Positions 17,174 to 25,370 of a stretch of 46,441 nucleotides of DNA are shown piece by piece. The DNA is from Chloroflexota bacterium. GTDB lineage: Bacteria; Chloroflexota; Dehalococcoidia; UBA2979. The DNA lies in the NCBI GenBank assembly GCA_009840965.1, contig VXMT01000159.1, forward strand, positions 1 to 46,441, given 5' to 3'. Both the position numbers and the translations under genes were made by a program. The stretch's first letter is position 1. Every line of letters begins with the position of its first letter. The notes beneath the pieces are model-generated. The model was not told the origin of the DNA. It saw only the letters and a program-made list of their open reading frames with translations, and ran no database searches.

Positions 17174-18916
17174 TCAGCGCGTGCGTGCCGCGGCCAGCTT
17201 CGCCTCCCAGCCGGCGGGCAGCTCGATCTTCTTCGCCACCGGGTAACCGAGCCTGCCGTTGTGCGCGAAGGTGCAGGCGTTGTTGCGGAGCGGGTCGCCG
17301 CCCACGGCGATCATGAAGTCGTCGGGCTCGAAGACGATCGGCACGAGCCGGTTCGGGTCGTCCGAATCGAGGAAAACGCGCGGGATCCTCCCGAGGTTCA
17401 CCTCGGCCTCGAGCGAGCGGATCACGTGGTCGGTCCAATCTCCGAGGTAGCGCTCGAACTCCCAGGCAGGGAGCCGGGCGTGGTCGAAGAGGTACTGCTT
17501 CACGTCCTGCTTGCTCCAGCCGGCCTTCGCGATCGTCTGCGCCAAAATCGGGCTGAGCACCAGCAGCGGCCGCAGCGAGCCCATCGACTTGCCGACGGTG
17601 AAGATCAGCTGCCAGGTGTTCTGCTTGAGCACCGCGTCGGCGATGTAGGGCAGGACGCGCTCGGGCGTGTCGCCGTAGACCGAGGCCATCATGTCGCTGC
17701 CGGTGTAGCGCGCGATGGTGACGGTGTTGTCGCCTGCCTCGAAGCCCATCTCCACGCTGTTGGGCGGCCAGCCGATCCCGGCGAGGACGTCCTCGTTCTC
17801 CGCCAGTACGACGCGCCAGGTGTTGCCGAACGTCGCCTTGTCGTTCTTGTGCAGCAGGAAGCCGGCGACGTTGCGCAGGTAGAGGCGCCAAAAGCGCCCG
17901 ACCGAGGTGTTCGCCTGGAAGCCGTCGCGCAGCGCGCCCTGCTCATAGTTGAAGCCCAGCTCCTTGATGATCGGGCCGTTGAGCGTGATCAGCGTCTCGG
18001 CGCCGGGCGTGTTGCCGCTGTGCTCCACCCCGTACTCGGGATCGGCCATCGCCTCGGCGAGGGCGACCAGCACCGGCATGTACTCCGGCCGGCAGCCCGC
18101 CATCACGCCGTTCACCGCGATGCTCCAGATCGTGACGGCGCGGTTGTCCGCGAGGATCACGCCCAGCACCTCGTCCGGGTCGCGATCCGTGAAGGCGAGG
18201 AACTCCTCCACCTTCGCGATGGTCGGCGGCACGACCGGCAGGCCGTCGCTCCACTCGCACTCGGTGAAGTAGCGGTTGACCTCCTCGAAGCTGCCCTCGA
18301 AGACGATCTCGCGCGGCGAGGGCTCGTCGAACGCGGGGGCGTCCTCGGGAGCCTCGAGCAGGTTGGCAACGACCGCGTCGAGGGTCACATCGAGGACGTT
18401 TTGCTTCATCTCCTCGTCGCTCTGGTTGCCGACGTGGCCGGGCACGAGCGCGAGGGGCAGGTTCGGCAGCCCGAGGCCGGCCGAGGTCGTGCCGGCCTGT
18501 CCGATGAAGCCCTCGCAGACCAACGAGGAGGTAGGGACGCCCGCCAGCTCGCACGCCGCGCTTGCCCGCATCACGGCGGGCGTGCAGCTGCCTCAGCAGC
18601 CCATCCCGGAGATGGCGGCGTCGACCCCCAGCTCCTTGAAGCGCTGCGGGAGCGAGGCGAGAACCTCGCGCTCCTCGGCGCCGTGCGTGGTGCCGAACTC
18701 GCGCCAGCTCACGAAGCGCACGCCGGGGTAGCGGGCTTCGAGCTGCGGTTCGAGCAGGTCGAAGACCTCGTCGCCGCGGTACACGTAGTCCCAGAGCTGG
18801 GCGATCGTCTTGCCGGCCAGGGTGTCCAGCCTCGGCGCGAGCGGCATCGGCTGGAGCTGGCGCTTGCTGCGGGGCCAGACGACCGGGTAGCGGCCGCCGT
18901 CGGTGCTGTTCGTCAT
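17174..18916 (-). CDS. Probable selenoprotein: UGSC-motif protein fused to a large uncharacterised C-terminal domain (580 aa if TGA 18593-18595 is read as Sec)
   Basis: Track ORFs 18593-18916 and 17174-18574 share one frame and are separated only by one TGA plus 6 sense codons. The junction reads ...AAISGMGC-[TGA]-GSCTPAV.... A strong SD (GAGGGAG, 7 nt) precedes ATG 18916, and none precedes the downstream ORF. A stem-loop follows the TGA. Confidence 0.65.
18551..18585 (-). other. Candidate bacterial SECIS stem-loop
   Basis: mRNA +11 to +45 from the UGA is GCACGCCCGCCGUGAUGCGGGCAAGCGCGGCGUGC. Either 7 bp GCACGCC/GGCGUGC (+3 bp) or 6 bp GCCCGC/GCGGGC with apical loop CGUGAU. A GU-containing loop lies about 20 nt from the UGA. 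Confidence 0.45.
18593..18595 (-). other. In-frame TGA, candidate selenocysteine codon (residue 108)
   Basis: Plus-strand tca at 18593-18595. Flanked by a Cys codon on the 5' side and Gly-Ser-Cys on the 3' side. Confidence 0.6.
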
Positions 18917-18943
18917 GTCGTGGCTCCCTCGAACCGGCGGCAG

Positions 18944-19004
18944 CCCGCAGGCACGGCTCGCTGCCGCCGTCAGAATCCTACCCGCTGCGGGTTGTGCCTG
19001 CGGG
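18944..19004. promoter_or_regulatory. Nested inverted repeats in the divergent intergenic region (operator or 5'-UTR structure candidate)
   Basis: CCCGCAGGCAC (18944-18954) and its exact reverse complement GTGCCTGCGGG (18994-19004), 39 nt apart. The 13-bp palindrome ACCCGCTGCGGGT (18980-18992) lies between them. Confidence 0.3.
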
Positions 19005-19051
19005 CCGCGCCGGATCGGCCAATGCGCCCTCGCTCGCGTGGTACCGTCGCC

Positions 19052-19885
19052 ATGTCCGACGAGGAGGAGAGCGCCATGGAGGAACTACAGGGAAGGGTTG
19101 CAGTCGTAACGGGCGCCGGTAGCGGTATCGGGCGCGGCATCGCGGACGCGCTCGCCGATGCAGGTGCGCGCCTCGTCATCGCCGACATCGAGGGACGGGC
19201 GGCCGAGGCGGTCGCAGCCGCGATCCGGGACGCGGGCCACCCGGCGATCGCCCGGCACGTCGACGTGACCGACGGCGACGACATCGAGAGCCTTGCCGAG
19301 GCTACGATCGAGGCGTTCGGAGCGGTGCACGTGCTGGTCAACAACGCCGGCGTGATGACGATGGGGCCTCTGGCAGAGGCGACCGAGGCCGACTGGAACT
19401 GGCTGTTCGAGGTGAACGTCCACGGCATGGTGCGCGGCGTGCGCGCCTTCCTCCCGCACCTGCGCGCAAACGCGCCCGCGCACATCGTCAACACAGTCTC
19501 GATGGCCCCCGTCGCGCCACGGCTCGACGGCGAGATGGGGATCTACACGGCCTCGAAGGGGGCCGCGATCGGGTTCTCCGAGGTGTTGCGCGCGGAGCTG
19601 GCGGACGAGGAGATCGGCGTGACGGCGCTCTGCCCCGGTCCGGTGGCGACACGCCTCTACGAGGCCGAGCGCAACCGGCACGCCCGCTTCGGCGGGCGCA
19701 CGGGGATGGAGGCGCCCGCACGCACCCACCGCCAGCAGCCGGACGAGGTCGGCGCGATGGTCGTCGACGGAATCCTCCGCAACGCCGGGTACGTCTTCAC
19801 GGACCTCGAGTCACGCGGTCGCATCGAGGCGCGCGAAGCGCGGATCCGCGAGGCGCTGGACGACCTCGAGCGGGGCGGCGCGTAA
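19052..19885 (+). CDS. Short-chain dehydrogenase/reductase (SDR)
   Basis: Real gene within the 943-aa shadow ORF. ATG 19052 (alternative 19076). VTGAGSGIGRGIADALADAGARLVI, NNAG and YTASKGAAIGF motifs. Confidence 0.85.
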   Translation: MSDEEESAMEELQGRVAVVTGAGSGIGRGIADALADAGARLVIADIEGRAAEAVAAAIRDAGHPAIARHVDVTDGDDIESLAEATIEAFGAVHVLVNNAGVMTMGPLAEATEADWNWLFEVNVHGMVRGVRAFLPHLRANAPAHIVNTVSMAPVAPRLDGEMGIYTASKGAAIGFSEVLRAELADEEIGVTALCPGPVATRLYEAERNRHARFGGRTGMEAPARTHRQQPDEVGAMVVDGILRNAGYVFTDLESRGRIEAREARIREALDDLERGGA

Positions 19886-19948
19886 CGCCGGGCACTGCCC
19901 CGGACGCTGGAACGGGGGCCGGCCATCGAGGCACAGTCACGGGGCCGG

Positions 19949-21175
19949 GTGCGGACGTTCCGCTCCCTCGAGGACCGGAACTTCCGCTGGTTCCTGACCT
20001 CGATCTTCTCCGGCTTCACCTCGAACGACATGCAGCAGTTCCTGCGGGGCTGGCTGGTCTTCGAGCTGACCGGCTCGTTCGCGGCGCTCGGGCTGATGTC
20101 GCTGATCAACGGCCTGACGGGACTGCTGCTGGCGCTGGTCGGCGGGGTCGTCGCGGACCTCGTGAAACAGCGCAAGCACGTCGTGCAGATCGGGCAGGGG
20201 CTGAGCGGGATCAACGCGCTCGTGCTCGCACTGCTGGTGTTCGCCGACCTGCTGCGCGTGGAGCACGTGCTGATCGCGGCGGCGCTTCACGGCGGGTCGA
20301 ACAACCTCACGATGCCCTCGAGGCAGGCGCTGACGCCCGACGTGGTGGGGCCCGAACGGCTGATGAACGCGATGGGGCTCTACAGCACGAGCCAGAACGC
20401 GGCGAAGCTGCTGATGCCCGGGCTCGCCGGCGGCATGGTCGGCTTCCTCAGCGACCCGGGCACGATCGGCGGCGCGGCCTACGTCTACGTGCTGATCTTC
20501 AGCATCTACGCGGTCTCCGTCGCGACCATGTTCCCGGTGCGCGTCCCGGACCGCACGCCGGGCGCACGTTCCTTCGCCTCGCTGCGCGGCGACCTGGCCG
20601 ACGGCTTCCGCTTCGTGGCCGGACACCGGCCGCTCGCCGTGCTGCTGGCCTGCAACCCGCTCTTTGCGCTGCTGGGCCTCGGCCACTTCGTGATGCTGCC
20701 CGGCTTCGCCAAGGAGGTGCTCGACGCCGGTCCGGGGCAGCTCGGGCTGCTCACCAGCGTCTCGGGCGTCGGCGCGGTGATCGGATCGCTGGTCGTCGCC
20801 TCCCTGCCGGGCAGACGCCGAGGCGTGCTGATGCTGGGGAGCTCGGTGCTGCTCGGCGTAGCGCTCGTCGCGTTCGCGGCGTCGACCTCCTTCTGGCTCT
20901 CGCTCGCGATCATCCTCGTCGTCGGCCTCGGTCAGGCGGGCTACCTGGGGCTGATGAACGTGCTCGTGCAGGTGCTCGCCGGCAACACCTACCGAGGGCG
21001 CGTGATGAGCATCTACATGATGGAGTTCAACATCACGCAACTGCTGCTCTTCGGGATGGGCATCCTGGCGAGCATCTACGGCCCGAGGGCCACGTTCGCG
21101 GCCGCCGGCATCGCCCTCGTGCTGCTCGCGCTGGCGCTGCTCGCGCGATCGCCGACGCTGCGCCGGATCGAGTAG
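19949..21175 (+). CDS. MFS transporter (EntS/MFS_3-like)
   Basis: 408 aa, GTG start, about 12 hydrophobic segments. N-terminal FRSLEDRNFRWFL is typical of this MFS subgroup. Confidence 0.8.
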   Translation: MRTFRSLEDRNFRWFLTSIFSGFTSNDMQQFLRGWLVFELTGSFAALGLMSLINGLTGLLLALVGGVVADLVKQRKHVVQIGQGLSGINALVLALLVFADLLRVEHVLIAAALHGGSNNLTMPSRQALTPDVVGPERLMNAMGLYSTSQNAAKLLMPGLAGGMVGFLSDPGTIGGAAYVYVLIFSIYAVSVATMFPVRVPDRTPGARSFASLRGDLADGFRFVAGHRPLAVLLACNPLFALLGLGHFVMLPGFAKEVLDAGPGQLGLLTSVSGVGAVIGSLVVASLPGRRRGVLMLGSSVLLGVALVAFAASTSFWLSLAIILVVGLGQAGYLGLMNVLVQVLAGNTYRGRVMSIYMMEFNITQLLLFGMGILASIYGPRATFAAAGIALVLLALALLARSPTLRRIE

Positions 21176-21184
21176 CGCGCCGCC

Positions 21185-21796
21185 CTACTCCCCGTTGCGC
21201 CGGGGCACCTCGAGCTGCTCCATCACCTGCTCGAAGACCGCGTACTCCTGCGCGCCTACCACGGCGTCGCGCTCGTTGAAGATGAAGGTCGGCACGCCGC
21301 GCACCCCGATCTCGCGGGCGATCGTGATGCGCTCGTCCACCTGCTCCCGGTAGCGCCCCTCGTCCAGCACCGCTCGCAGTTCGTCGCGGTCGAGCCCCTG
21401 CTCTCCGCCGATCTCAAGCAGCGTCTCGAGGTCCCCGATGTCGGCCTCGCCCTCGAAGTGCGCGGCGAAGAGCGCACGGTGCAGGCCCTCGTCGTCGTGG
21501 CCGATCTCCTGCGCGTACTCGGCGGTCTCGAGGGCGAGGTGGGAGTTCGGCGTGAAGCGTCGCCCGCGGCGGAAGGTGATGCCGGCGCGTTCGCCTCGCA
21601 GCTCCAGGTGCGTCGGCGGATCGTCCGGCTTCGTGCGCGGCTCGCGCTCACGGCCCTGGGGCGGAATCGAGGGGTCGAGCAGGTACGGCCACCAGTGCAC
21701 GTCCAGCTCGTACTCCCGCCGCAGCTTCTCGACCTCCACGAGGCCGACGTAGCACCACGGTCAGATGAAGTCGCTGACGATGATGAGTGAGGTCAT
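21185..21796 (-). CDS. Probable selenoprotein: DsbA/FrnE-like thiol-disulfide oxidoreductase with U-P-W-C active site (203 aa if TGA 21761-21763 is read as Sec)
   Basis: The track ORF (21185-21739) lacks the family N-terminus. Extending upstream in frame gives MTSLIIVSDFI-[TGA]-PWCYVGLVEVEKL..., i.e. the family CPWC motif with TGA at the first Cys. An ATG with SD-like GGAAGGCGAGGG lies upstream. The C-terminal GVRGVPTFIFN...GAQ is typical of DsbA-fold proteins. Confidence 0.7.
21729..21747 (-). other. Candidate bacterial SECIS stem-loop
   Basis: mRNA +17 to +35 from the UGA is UCGGCCUC-GUG-GAGGUCGA, an 8-bp stem (one G-U pair) with a GU-containing apical loop about 22 nt after the UGA. Confidence 0.4.
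21761..21763 (-). other. In-frame TGA, candidate selenocysteine codon (residue 12)
   Basis: Plus-strand tca at 21761-21763. Followed by Pro-Trp-Cys codons. Confidence 0.65.
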
Positions 21797-21938
21797 GACG
21801 GCCCTCGCCTTCCGGCCCGCGTCCGCTCACCTCAGTATGACGCCTCGGGATCGCGGCTGCGCGCTCGCCCGGCATCGCAAACGGCGTCGCTGCTACCATC
21901 CACGCCCCACCGCCACGGCCCGAAGGGAGCGAGAGCGC

Positions 21939-22874
21939 ATGAACTTCGGACTGTTCCTGATCGAGTCGCCGCACCGCGCGCACGTCGGGCCCAGTGGACG
22001 CCACGCCGCGCCCGGACAGGGCGCCGCGCTCACCTCGCCCGAGTACCTCGGCGGCCTCGCACGCTTCGCCGAGGAGGTCGGGTTCGACTTCGTCTCGTTC
22101 CCGGAGCACGTGGTCCTGCCCGTGGACTACGAGTCGCGCTACCCGTACCAGCAGTACGAGGGCGGCGACTTCAAGCGCTACCCCTACGACGAGACGGCGT
22201 TCCCGGAGCCGGTCACCGCCCTCACCTTCGTCGCCGCCGTGACCGAGCGGCTGGAGTTGGGCACCTCGGTGCTGATCCTGCCGCAGCGCAACCCGGTGAT
22301 CCTCGCCAAGCAGCTCGCCACCCTCGACGCGCTCTCGCACGGCCGCGTCAGCCTGACGGTCGGCATCGGCTGGCTGCGCGAGGAGTTCGCCGCGATCGGC
22401 GTGCCCTGGGAGCGCCGCGGGCGGCGCGCGGACGAGTACATCCAGGCGCTGCGCAAGCTCTGGCGCGACGAGGTGTCCACCTTCCAGGGCGAGACCGTCT
22501 CCTTCGAGCGTATCCGCTGCCTCCCGAAGCCCGCGCAGCCGGACGGCCCGCCGATCATCGTCGGTGGGCACAGCCTCGGCGCGGCTCGGCGCGCGGGACG
22601 GCTCGGCGACGGCTTCATGCCGCTCGGCCTCGGCGGCTTCGGCGGCGAGGACATCACGCCGCTGCTCGAGGCCTGGCGCGAGGCGGCGGCCGCCGCCGGA
22701 CGCGAGCAGGCGGCGACGGAGCTGCGCATGGGCGCCGCGCCCGACCTCGAGTCGGTGCAGCGCGTCGCCGAGCGCGGCGCGACGCGCATCCACTTCTCCT
22801 TCTCCGCGCCAAGCCTCGACGAGGCGAAGCGCGAGCTGGAGCGGATCGCCAACGAGGTGATCGAGCGCTTCTAG
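21939..22874 (+). CDS. LLM class oxidoreductase, probably F420-dependent
   Basis: Start at ATG 21939 (SD GAAGGGAG upstream), 311 aa. FAEEVGFDFVSFPEHVV, GRVSLTVGIGW and PIIVGGHS motifs. The 5' extension of the track ORF is rejected. Confidence 0.8.
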   Translation: MNFGLFLIESPHRAHVGPSGRHAAPGQGAALTSPEYLGGLARFAEEVGFDFVSFPEHVVLPVDYESRYPYQQYEGGDFKRYPYDETAFPEPVTALTFVAAVTERLELGTSVLILPQRNPVILAKQLATLDALSHGRVSLTVGIGWLREEFAAIGVPWERRGRRADEYIQALRKLWRDEVSTFQGETVSFERIRCLPKPAQPDGPPIIVGGHSLGAARRAGRLGDGFMPLGLGGFGGEDITPLLEAWREAAAAAGREQAATELRMGAAPDLESVQRVAERGATRIHFSFSAPSLDEAKRELERIANEVIERF

Positions 22875-22974
22875 CCGCGAGCTGCCCTCGCAGCCCGCGA
22901 ACGCGCCCACGCGACTCGGCGGCGCGGTACAGTCTCGGCACGCGGTCGGCGACCGCGACGGAGTGAGGTGAGGC

Positions 22975-25266
22975 ATGACGACTGCGCAGCGCTCGCATCG
23001 GGTGGTGGGGACACGGCCGGTGCGCCCGGACGGCGTCGAGAAGGTCACGGGGCGCGCCGGCTACAGCGCCGACACGCGGCTGCCCGGGATGCTCTACGGC
23101 CGCCTCAAGCGCAGCCCCCACGGGCACGCCCGGATCCTTTCGATCGACACCTCGAAGGCCGCGGCGCTTCCCGGCGTCCGCTCCGTGATCACGGCGGCGG
23201 ACTTCCCCGGCGATCGCGAGGAGATGATCCGCACGATGCGCGGCCACACGACGCGCAAGTGGTTCCAGGACATGATCATGGCCTCGGACAAGGTGCTGCA
23301 CTACGGCCACGCCGTCGCCGCCGTCTGCGCCACCGACCCCCACATCGCCGAGGACGCGCTCGACCTGATCGAGGTGGAGTACGAGCCGCTGCCTCCGGTG
23401 CTCGACGTGCTGGAAGCGATGACCGAGGGCGCGCCGATCCTCCACGAGGAGATGCGCACCGTGACGATGCTCGGGCGCGGGATGCCGGGCGAACCGATCA
23501 ACGACAACCCCTCGAACGTCGTCAGCCACATGCCGCTGGAGAAGGGCGACCCCGACCAGGGCTTCGCCGACTCCGACATCGTGATCGAGCGAGAGTTCCG
23601 CACGGGGATGGCGCACCAGGGATACATCGAGCCTCAGAGCGCGACGGCGCAGTGGAGCCCGGACGGGATGCTCACCGTTTGGGCGAGCAGCCAGGGCGCG
23701 TTCAACTTCCGCGACCAGCTCGCCGTGATCCTGCAGGTCCCGACGGCGCACATCACCGTCGTGCCGACCGAGATCGGGGGCGGCTTCGGCGGCAAGCTCT
23801 ACATGTACGTCGAGCCGATCGCCGCGCTGTTCTCGCAGCGCACGGGCAGGCCGGTGAAGGTCTCGCTCTCACGCGAGGAGGTGCTGGCCGCGACCGGGCC
23901 GACCTCCGGCACCTACGTGCGCGTGAAGCTGGGCGCGAAGCGCGACGGCACGCTGCTGGCCGCCGAGGCGGAGCTCGCCTACGAGGCGGGCTCGCATCCG
24001 CCCTCGCCCGTGGCGGGCGGCTGCATGACGGTCTTCGGCCCCTACGACATCCCCAACGAGCGCGTCGACGGCTACGACGTCGTGCTCAACAAGCCGAAGG
24101 TGTCCAGCTACCGCGCGCCCGGCGCCTGCCAGCCGACGCTCGCCGTCGAGTCCGTGCTCGACGAGATCGCCGAGGAGCTGGGCATCGAGCCGATGGAGCT
24201 GCGGCTGCGCAACGCGGCGCGCGAGGGTACGCGCGTCCTCGACGGCCGCGCCTTCCCGATCATTGGGGCGGTCGACGTGATGGAGGCGCTGCGCCGGTCC
24301 GAGCATTACCGCTCCGAGCTGGGCGGCGAGTACCAGGGCCGCGGCGTGGCGATCGGCTACTGGTACAACGGCGGCGGCGAGGGCACCGCCACCGCCAGCA
24401 TCAACGCCGACGGCACCGTGAGCCTGATCTTCGGTTCGGTCGACATCGGCGGGCAGCGCGCCGCGCTGGCCATGCATATGGCGGAGGCGATGGGCATCCC
24501 CTACGAGGACGTCCGCCCGCATGTCGTCGACACCGAGTCGATCGGCTACACGGGCCTCACGGCCGGCTCGGCGACCACCTTCAAGACCGGCTGGGCCGTC
24601 TACAAGCTGGCGCAGGAGCTGCAGGGCAAGCTGCAGGGCCGCGCGGCGCGGATCTGGGACGTGCCCTCGGAACAGGTCGAGTACCGCGCGGACGCGACGA
24701 TCCACGGACCTCCCGACGAGGACGGCAACGCGCGCTCGTTCACGTTCAGGGAGCTCGCCGGCCAGTTGCCGGGGACCGGCGGCAACATCGCCGCCCAGGC
24801 CGACTCGAACGAGACGACGTGGGGACCCTGCTTCGCCGGGCACATCGTCGACGTGGAGGTGGACCCGGCCACCGGCAAGGTCGACATCCTGCGCTACACG
24901 GCGGTGCAGGACGTGGGCACCGCGGTGCACCCCTCCTACGTCGAGGGACAGATGCAGGGCGGCGCCTCGCAGGGCGCGGGCATGGCGCTGAGCGAGGAGT
25001 ACATCTACGGCGAGGACGGGCGGCTCCAGAACGCGAGCCTGCTCGACTACCGCATGCCGACGACCGTCGATCTGCCGATGGTGGAAACCGTGCTCGTCGA
25101 GGTGCCGAACCCCGGACACCCCTACGGCGTGCGCGGCGTCGGCGAGGTGCCAATCGTGCCCCCGCTGGGCGCGATCGCGAACGCGATCTACGACGCCACC
25201 GGCGTGCGGATGCGGCACCTGCCGATCAATCCCGAGCGCGTGCTCGAGGCGCTCGGCGAGATCTGA
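22975..25266 (+). CDS. Xanthine dehydrogenase/aldehyde oxidase family molybdopterin-binding subunit (stand-alone large subunit)
   Basis: 763 aa. N-terminal VGTRPVRPDGVEKVTGRAGYSAD, central QGYIEPQ and C-terminal GVRGVGEVPIVPPLGAIANAI motifs. SD GGAGTGAGGTGAGG upstream. Confidence 0.85.
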   Translation: MTTAQRSHRVVGTRPVRPDGVEKVTGRAGYSADTRLPGMLYGRLKRSPHGHARILSIDTSKAAALPGVRSVITAADFPGDREEMIRTMRGHTTRKWFQDMIMASDKVLHYGHAVAAVCATDPHIAEDALDLIEVEYEPLPPVLDVLEAMTEGAPILHEEMRTVTMLGRGMPGEPINDNPSNVVSHMPLEKGDPDQGFADSDIVIEREFRTGMAHQGYIEPQSATAQWSPDGMLTVWASSQGAFNFRDQLAVILQVPTAHITVVPTEIGGGFGGKLYMYVEPIAALFSQRTGRPVKVSLSREEVLAATGPTSGTYVRVKLGAKRDGTLLAAEAELAYEAGSHPPSPVAGGCMTVFGPYDIPNERVDGYDVVLNKPKVSSYRAPGACQPTLAVESVLDEIAEELGIEPMELRLRNAAREGTRVLDGRAFPIIGAVDVMEALRRSEHYRSELGGEYQGRGVAIGYWYNGGGEGTATASINADGTVSLIFGSVDIGGQRAALAMHMAEAMGIPYEDVRPHVVDTESIGYTGLTAGSATTFKTGWAVYKLAQELQGKLQGRAARIWDVPSEQVEYRADATIHGPPDEDGNARSFTFRELAGQLPGTGGNIAAQADSNETTWGPCFAGHIVDVEVDPATGKVDILRYTAVQDVGTAVHPSYVEGQMQGGASQGAGMALSEEYIYGEDGRLQNASLLDYRMPTTVDLPMVETVLVEVPNPGHPYGVRGVGEVPIVPPLGAIANAIYDATGVRMRHLPINPERVLEALGEI

Positions 25267-25370
25267 GGCGCCTCGCCGATCTCGGCGCTCACCCGGCCGC
25301 TGCTAGACTCCAGCGCGCACGGTCGGGCGCGCTCGCCCGCGCCTCCGTGTAGTTGGGCGGGCTGCCGGCG

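Noticed and set aside
17054-19051. 5' two-thirds of the 943-aa ORF 17054-19885 (+)
   Set aside because: Only the last 277 codons (from ATG 19052) resemble a protein (an SDR). The rest is antisense to the UGSC fusion gene and has shadow-ORF composition.
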